A stretch of DNA of 64,000 nucleotides from Candidatus Binatia bacterium (lineage in GTDB: Bacteria; Desulfobacterota; Binatia; HRBIN30), in the NCBI GenBank assembly GCA_038245295.1, contig JBBRSP010000009.1:1-64000 (forward strand), written 5' to 3'. This document shows, piece after piece, positions 58,411 to 64,000 of the stretch. The position numbers and the translations under genes were made by a program. The notes under the pieces are model-generated. The model ran no database searches. It had not been told where the DNA came from and saw only the letters and a list, made by a program, of their open reading frames with translations. How positions within the stretch are numbered: the stretch's first letter is position 1; every line of letters begins with the position of its first letter.

Positions 58411-61014
58411 ATGTGGCGATGTATTGTAACGCTGTGCCTGCTCGTCGGTCTGCCCGTTGGAACGGCCATGGCGGATCTGACCTACGACATCGAGGCAACC
58501 ATCGATGTCCAGAAGCGTCGTATCGACGGCACCGTTACGGTGCATGGGACAAGCCTCGCTAACGCCGGCGAGATCTGCTGGCTGCTCTTTCCGAACCGCT
58601 TCGCGCACGCCGAAAGCGACGCGGGCGTCAATGATTTCAGCCGTCTGTTGGTCTACCCGGAGGAGACCTTTGAGGCAGGGGGAATCGCGGTGGGCGGCCC
58701 CCACTTCGACGGCCACTTCGTCGAAGCGTCCGCCTTACCCAGAGATACCGTATGGCTACAAGCGTCGGAGGCTGGGCGAACCGAGCTGACACTGAATTTC
58801 ACCACCACAGTCCCGCATCGCTTTGGGGCGTTCGGCGAGTTCGAGGACCAGCTTACGCTACTCGGCGGTTGGCACCCGATGCTGTGTGATGCCACGGGGA
58901 GTACGGCACATCTCCGCGACTCACCTCCGCCGGCGGTGTTCAACATCGACCTGACGCTGGTGCAACCGGCGGATGTCATCCTGAACGGAATCAGCTCACC
59001 GCGTGCGACGCACGTTCGTTATCATTCCAACTCCGCCGAGGCGGCTGCGGCACTGATCGTTGCGCCTACCCTCGAACACCGGGAGTTCGACGTCGACCGG
59101 ACCCACGTCGCCATCCTGCGTTCACCGGAACGCCGAAACTTCCGGATCGCCTGGACGTCATCGCCCGACGAGCGGATCGAGGAAGCGATCGGTGCCACAC
59201 TACGCGCGTTGCCTCATCGTCTTGCGAAGCCGGCGGCACTGACAGTGGTCCTCGCTCCATTGCGTGCGCAACTCACCAGCCCAGCCCCGGGAATGGTCGT
59301 GTTGTCGGATCGCGTCTTCAAGACAAACCCCTTGGTGCAGCCATTTCATGAATTGCAGACGGCCAGTGCCGTCTTCGCCCACGTCATCGAACCGACCATC
59401 GAGCAGCGTGAGGAATACGGTGACGTACGATGGGTGCGGGATGCAATCGCGCGCGACTGGGCTCGGCAGTCGGTGCAACGAGAATACCCCGAGCGCCGCG
59501 GTGTCTACGAGTGGATCGATCTGTTCAACATCTTCGCCATCGTTGATCGCTTCGAAACGTCGCCGCGGATTCCGTTTGTCGATTCCTTCTTCGAGCACAC
59601 GGCACACGCCGACCCGCTGCACGAACAGCTCTTCACTTTCAACAACGATGAGGTTCCCGGCGTCGTTCTGCTCGACAAGTTGCGCCAGGCTTACGGCAAC
59701 GACGTCATCCGCCGAGTCATTGACGACTGTGCCGTCGGCCCGGAGCGCTTCGCCGACTGCGCCCGACGTGCCGACGGCGTGGATGTCGACCACGTCGTCG
59801 CCGACTGGCGCCCGTCGTTCCCACAGATCAACTACGCGATCGTCGACTACGACTTGAACGAGCCCGTTGGAGATGGATTCCAGCAAAGCATTCACGTTCG
59901 GCGCGACGGCGAACGTGCCGTTTCCGAAGCCGTACCGATCCGCTTGCGTGGAATCAGCGGCGCACCAACCACCGTCGTCTGGAATGGTCGTGGCAACGAG
60001 GCGACGGTTACGACACATACCGACCACCGTGTCCTGCAGGCACTGATCGACTCGGACCGCACGCTGATCGAAACCACGCGCGCCGACAATGCGGCACCGG
60101 CCGACCCGCAACTCGTCCTCGATGCGGCGGAAGTCGAGGTCAGCTCCACCGAGTTCGGCTTTGCGGCGCTAGCGGCGTTGCGCAACCGCTACGACTACTC
60201 CAAGGATCTGGCCGCTGCCTTATCCTATTCGAATCGGGCCGCCTCTCTGCACGCCGGAGGTCGGCTGCACTTCGGAACGGCCATCGACGCGAACTCGTTC
60301 CGCAACAACCTCTTCGCCTTCTACGAGGCACATGCGCTCGACAGCAGTTTCAAGGAGAAAGACAACGGCGGCGTTCGAACCGCGGGACACGCCAACGGCT
60401 TTGGCCTGCGCTACGATTACAGCGACGTCTTTGAATCCAACAATCCCAAGCGCAGCCTGCACGTCCGCCTGTTCGGCGACATTTTCCATCGTACTCTCGC
60501 CAGCGACTACGACTTCGCCGACTGGGGAATCGACGCGAGCGCGACGCAGCCGTTGTGGACCCCACGCACGGTGCTTGCCGCTCAAGTCATCAACGGCTTC
60601 AGCGCCGCCATCGGCGACAGCGTTGTGCCACTGCAGGCGCGCTTCAGCCTTGGTGGTTCGCGCTCGATTCGCGGCATCGGCGCCGAAGAAGAGTTGGCAC
60701 GTAATCTCCTGGTCGTTCGGGCCGAGTTGCGACAGAGCATCTTCCCGGAATTCGACCACAACTTCCTCGATCTCGTCAGCGCTCGTCGCCTTCAGATACA
60801 TGCCTTTGTCGACGCCGGCCGGGTCAGCAATTCTGCCGGCCGCGTGTACGACGTCAGCGCCTTCGCTGTCGGCGCCGGGGTGGGCATCGGGTTGAACTAT
60901 GAATTTTTCGGGTTCTTCCCGGCACAAGTCTACGTCGAGATGGCGACACGCGTCGATCGTTCCGACAGCTTGGGAGATATCCAGGTCCTGTTCGGCACTC
61001 GGCAGTCGTTTTGA
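58411..61014 (+). CDS. Outer-membrane protein: degenerate M1-aminopeptidase-like region + Omp85-type beta-barrel
   Basis: Signal peptide; LFPNRF, RFGAFG and GWHP; FSLGGSRSIRG, FVDAG and GAGVG; terminal Phe. Confidence 0.75.
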   Translation: MWRCIVTLCLLVGLPVGTAMADLTYDIEATIDVQKRRIDGTVTVHGTSLANAGEICWLLFPNRFAHAESDAGVNDFSRLLVYPEETFEAGGIAVGGPHFDGHFVEASALPRDTVWLQASEAGRTELTLNFTTTVPHRFGAFGEFEDQLTLLGGWHPMLCDATGSTAHLRDSPPPAVFNIDLTLVQPADVILNGISSPRATHVRYHSNSAEAAAALIVAPTLEHREFDVDRTHVAILRSPERRNFRIAWTSSPDERIEEAIGATLRALPHRLAKPAALTVVLAPLRAQLTSPAPGMVVLSDRVFKTNPLVQPFHELQTASAVFAHVIEPTIEQREEYGDVRWVRDAIARDWARQSVQREYPERRGVYEWIDLFNIFAIVDRFETSPRIPFVDSFFEHTAHADPLHEQLFTFNNDEVPGVVLLDKLRQAYGNDVIRRVIDDCAVGPERFADCARRADGVDVDHVVADWRPSFPQINYAIVDYDLNEPVGDGFQQSIHVRRDGERAVSEAVPIRLRGISGAPTTVVWNGRGNEATVTTHTDHRVLQALIDSDRTLIETTRADNAAPADPQLVLDAAEVEVSSTEFGFAALAALRNRYDYSKDLAAALSYSNRAASLHAGGRLHFGTAIDANSFRNNLFAFYEAHALDSSFKEKDNGGVRTAGHANGFGLRYDYSDVFESNNPKRSLHVRLFGDIFHRTLASDYDFADWGIDASATQPLWTPRTVLAAQVINGFSAAIGDSVVPLQARFSLGGSRSIRGIGAEEELARNLLVVRAELRQSIFPEFDHNFLDLVSARRLQIHAFVDAGRVSNSAGRVYDVSAFAVGAGVGIGLNYEFFGFFPAQVYVEMATRVDRSDSLGDIQVLFGTRQSF

Positions 61015-61050
61015 GGAACCCTGCGTTGAAGGTAACAACGACACAGTCCT

Positions 61051-62295
61051 ATGATCATCACCGTGGAAGCTGACCGGCCAGCCCTGCAGCGCGTTTGGGT
61101 GAGCGGCTGCGGTGTGGTGTCGCCTCTCGGCACCGGCGTCGATGCCTTTTGGCGCCGACTCTTGGGCGGAGCGAGTGCCCTCGCGCCCATCACCTGCTTC
61201 GACACAGGCGGGCAGAGTGTGTCGGTTGGCGCTCAAGTACCCGATCTTGATGCCTCCCCATGGCTGACGGCAGCAGAGAAGGGCCGCCTGGAGCGGATTG
61301 ATCAGTACGCCTTGGTCGCCGCACGCGAAGCATTGTGGGACGCCCAACTGGAGATCAATCGCCTCGACACAACGCGCGTCGCCGTAATCGTCGGCTCGTC
61401 ACTCGGAGGGATGGAGGCCGGCGAAGACTATCTGCGAGCCCAAGGGAGCGGCACGCCGTTCGCAACCGACCGTCTACTTGATCACCCGTATTACGCCACC
61501 GCGACAAATCTTGCCCGTGCCCTCGGCGTGCGCGGACCGGTCCTCAGCCCGTCGATTGCCTGCGCCTCCGGTACCCACGCCGTAGGTATGGCCTTCGACC
61601 TCATCCGCCTGGGCCACGCCGACGTTTCTATCGTCGGCGGCGCCGAAACCCTGTGCGAGTTCATCGTTACAGGCTTCAATTGCCTGCGCGCCACGACCAA
61701 CGAGACATTGCGCCCCTTCGACGCGCGGCGCTCCGGACTACTGCTCGGCGAGGGCGCCGCGATGCTGGTTATCGAATCGGACGATCATGCCCGCCGTCGC
61801 CAGCGGACGTCCACGATCGAAGTGTGCGGCAGCGGCATTTCCAGCGACGCCGTTCATATGACCGCGCCAGCGCGCGATGGCTCGGGTGCCGCCCGGGCGA
61901 TGCGTATGGCGCTTGCCGATGCGGCCATGACGCCGGACGAAATCGACTTCGTCAGCACTCACGGCACCGGCACCGTCTACAACGACGCCATGGAGATCAA
62001 CGCCCTGCATACCGTGTTCGGTGCCCGCGCAACGCAGATCCCCATGAACGCGATCAAGGGTAGTATCGGCCATACCTTGGCAGCGGCCGGTGCCTTCGAG
62101 GCGGTGATGTGCCGCGAAGTACTGCGCCACGGTATCATTCCGCCGTCGGTAAATTGCGGGACTCTCGACCCGGCCTGCGATCTCGACATCGTGCGCGGCA
62201 GTTCGCGGATCCATCCGGTCGAGAGGCTGCTCTCAACATCGTCGGCCTTCGCCGGCAACAACGCGGCCATCGTCATGCGAAAGGTAATTGTTTAA
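61051..62295 (+). CDS. Beta-ketoacyl-ACP synthase (FabF-like)
   Basis: ACASG, STHGTGT and KGSIGHT (Cys-His-His); GEGAA. Confidence 0.93.
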   Translation: MIITVEADRPALQRVWVSGCGVVSPLGTGVDAFWRRLLGGASALAPITCFDTGGQSVSVGAQVPDLDASPWLTAAEKGRLERIDQYALVAAREALWDAQLEINRLDTTRVAVIVGSSLGGMEAGEDYLRAQGSGTPFATDRLLDHPYYATATNLARALGVRGPVLSPSIACASGTHAVGMAFDLIRLGHADVSIVGGAETLCEFIVTGFNCLRATTNETLRPFDARRSGLLLGEGAAMLVIESDDHARRRQRTSTIEVCGSGISSDAVHMTAPARDGSGAARAMRMALADAAMTPDEIDFVSTHGTGTVYNDAMEINALHTVFGARATQIPMNAIKGSIGHTLAAAGAFEAVMCREVLRHGIIPPSVNCGTLDPACDLDIVRGSSRIHPVERLLSTSSAFAGNNAAIVMRKVIV

Positions 62296-63098
62296 GGCGC
62301 CGCGCGCTCGAGTTGGCGCTGCGTAAACAGTTCGTCGTCGAGGCCCTGATCGTAGCCAACCTGCTGTATCTCGACCGTGGTCACTGAGCTGCGGTTCAGA
62401 TTCCAGACCTCGACGTGATGTGCCGTTGGGACATTGCCGACATCGTGCCAGTCACGGAAATGGATCCGTTTGACGATCTTGCCGTCCGCCCCCGCCAGGT
62501 GGAGCCGCCGCGGCAGCAGTTTCTCCTTGTCGAGCCAGACGACGATCGCAGCATAGGTGGGCTGCTCGGCCGTCGGTTTCAAGATGACACGGTGGCATAC
62601 GGTTTCATCCAGCGATTCTTCACCGTCTAGTCGACTGGGGGCTTCGGTCTCGTCCCATTCGAGTAGTCGCCCGATGATCTCAAGGTCGCGATACGACAAA
62701 TCGCTCCCGACGAAACTTTCGTCGCGCAGGCCCGTCGCGATCTGTCGTGTACGCTTGAACTCCGGCAGGTAGAGCCACTGCTCAGCGGCACGCCCAGCAT
62801 GCTCCCATTGCAGAAAGGCGACTCCACGCATGTCCGGCGGCGCGCCGATGAAGGCAACCGTCTTCTGCTCGCGGTTGCCATCACGCCTGGTCAGCAGGCG
62901 GACTTCGCGCTGCCTCTCATGGCCGGTCGCGTCGACGATCTTTAGAACCATACGTTGGTCGCGATCCGTCCAATGACGGACTCCATCGTCGAGACGTTTC
63001 GCACGATCGAGTAGGTCGCGGGCGCTTTCGGCCTCCCCCGCTGTCGCGATGCAAAGCTGCAAAGCAACACCCAGTCCAATTCTCCGAAAACGTCCCAT
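62292..63098 (-). CDS. Outer-membrane lipoprotein-sorting (LolA-like) protein
   Basis: P.DMRG.AFL, QWLYLP...RTRQI, SFVGSDLSY.D and LFT...LER motifs. Confidence 0.9.
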   Translation of the reverse strand: MGRFRRIGLGVALQLCIATAGEAESARDLLDRAKRLDDGVRHWTDRDQRMVLKIVDATGHERQREVRLLTRRDGNREQKTVAFIGAPPDMRGVAFLQWEHAGRAAEQWLYLPEFKRTRQIATGLRDESFVGSDLSYRDLEIIGRLLEWDETEAPSRLDGEESLDETVCHRVILKPTAEQPTYAAIVVWLDKEKLLPRRLHLAGADGKIVKRIHFRDWHDVGNVPTAHHVEVWNLNRSSVTTVEIQQVGYDQGLDDELFTQRQLERAAP

Positions 63099-63238
63099 GT
63101 CGTGCCCCGCCTTTCGTGTCCCAGCCTAGGCCGTAATGGCCGCGCGATACCCGGCTCACCCAAGCCTGCGCAATGTCTGCACTGCAGCCATGCATTGCAG
63201 CCTTTGTTGTGATCGACGTCGACCAGTAGACAGCCCGG

Positions 63239-64000
63239 ATGCGCCGTTGGCTGACCTTGGGGTGGCGTCTGTCGGCGATCCTACACGCCATGGCGACCGT
63301 CACCGTCGGCTTGGATTTGGCGGCGCCCGGATTCGGGCGCTGGAGCATCGCAGGCTTCGCGCAGGGAGATAGCGTCGTTGCCACCGATCATGGCACACCA
63401 CGTCAGCTGCCGCGTCTGTGGCTGGGCACCGTCGTGCGTGGTGATCTAGGCAAGCATGCTCGCACGGTTGTCGACGTACGCGGAATCTGGGGAGGTCCTC
63501 CGATACACCCGAAGGGCGCCGGCTTTGTAAGCTGGCGCGATACGTTCCAGGACCTGTCGCCGGCGGTCGAGCTCGAAGAGGCCTATGTCGAGATCAACGC
63601 CGCACCGTTCTCGGCGCGCCTCGGAAAGCAGAAATTTGCTTGGGGTCGTCTCGACATCACGCACGCCGTCGACATCCTCAACCCGCGTCGCTTCGACGAC
63701 CCGTTTCGTATCGAACCCGAGGATGCCAAGATCGGCGCACCGGCAGCGCAGCTAGAGTACCGCGTCCCGGGCGCAGCGGTAGTAGGGATACGCGAGCTCA
63801 ATGCCGAGTTGATCTGGATTCCCTGGCTCGTGCCTTTTCGGTTCCCGCTGTCGGATGAGCGCTGGTTTCCGCGCTCGGCCGGAGTGCCTTCGTCTCTCGA
63901 CATCCCGCCGGGCTTCTTCTGGATCGGCTCCGGAGCAACGGTGACGACACAGCTGCACGAGTCGAACGCGCCGCCGGCTCTTCAGGTAGACGAGGGCAGC
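63239..64000 (+). CDS. Partial outer-membrane beta-barrel protein (DUF1302-like), runs off the window
   Basis: Frame from ATG at 63239 reads ELEEAYVE...RLGKQKFAWGRLD...DILNP. Confidence 0.75.
   Translation, partial: MRRWLTLGWRLSAILHAMATVTVGLDLAAPGFGRWSIAGFAQGDSVVATDHGTPRQLPRLWLGTVVRGDLGKHARTVVDVRGIWGGPPIHPKGAGFVSWRDTFQDLSPAVELEEAYVEINAAPFSARLGKQKFAWGRLDITHAVDILNPRRFDDPFRIEPEDAKIGAPAAQLEYRVPGAAVVGIRELNAELIWIPWLVPFRFPLSDERWFPRSAGVPSSLDIPPGFFWIGSGATVTTQLHESNAPPALQVDEGS

Overview
GC-rich, gene-dense window from a diderm bacterium. The gene set and a C-terminal 'GDCNxDxxVTIDE' dockerin-like domain suggest Candidatus Binatia or a related deltaproteobacterial lineage (inference). It holds two tRNAs (Thr-CGT, Ala-GGC) and housekeeping or lipid-catabolism genes (thiolase/DUF35, two acyl-CoA dehydrogenases, surE, ABC1 kinase, rarA, SDR, enoyl-CoA hydratase, nitroreductase, GH31, murE, acyl-CoA ligase, KAS). 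Two accessory patches are present. The first (~20.5-23.3 kb) has a HigBA-like TA pair with a perfect operator palindrome, a pseudogene, and a gene split by one in-frame UGA followed by a hairpin. The second (~31-44.4 kb) has a CDF with an internal deletion, a voltage-gated channel with a TGDDW filter, TerC, and a ~6.5 kb module (glycyl-radical enzyme, activase, TetR, Coq4-like protein) bracketed by 99-bp direct repeats, with a solo IS21-like end just inside the right repeat. Intergenic DNA carries several REP-like families, including a nested MITE inserted into a REP with a perfect 4-bp target duplication. The right end encodes a ~2070-aa GAF/coiled-coil/pseudo-receiver protein behind a sigma-54-type promoter and an M1-peptidase-like/Omp85-barrel fusion. 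No CRISPR array, rRNA, integrase or intact transposase was seen. All calls come from reading motifs by eye; no database searches were run.
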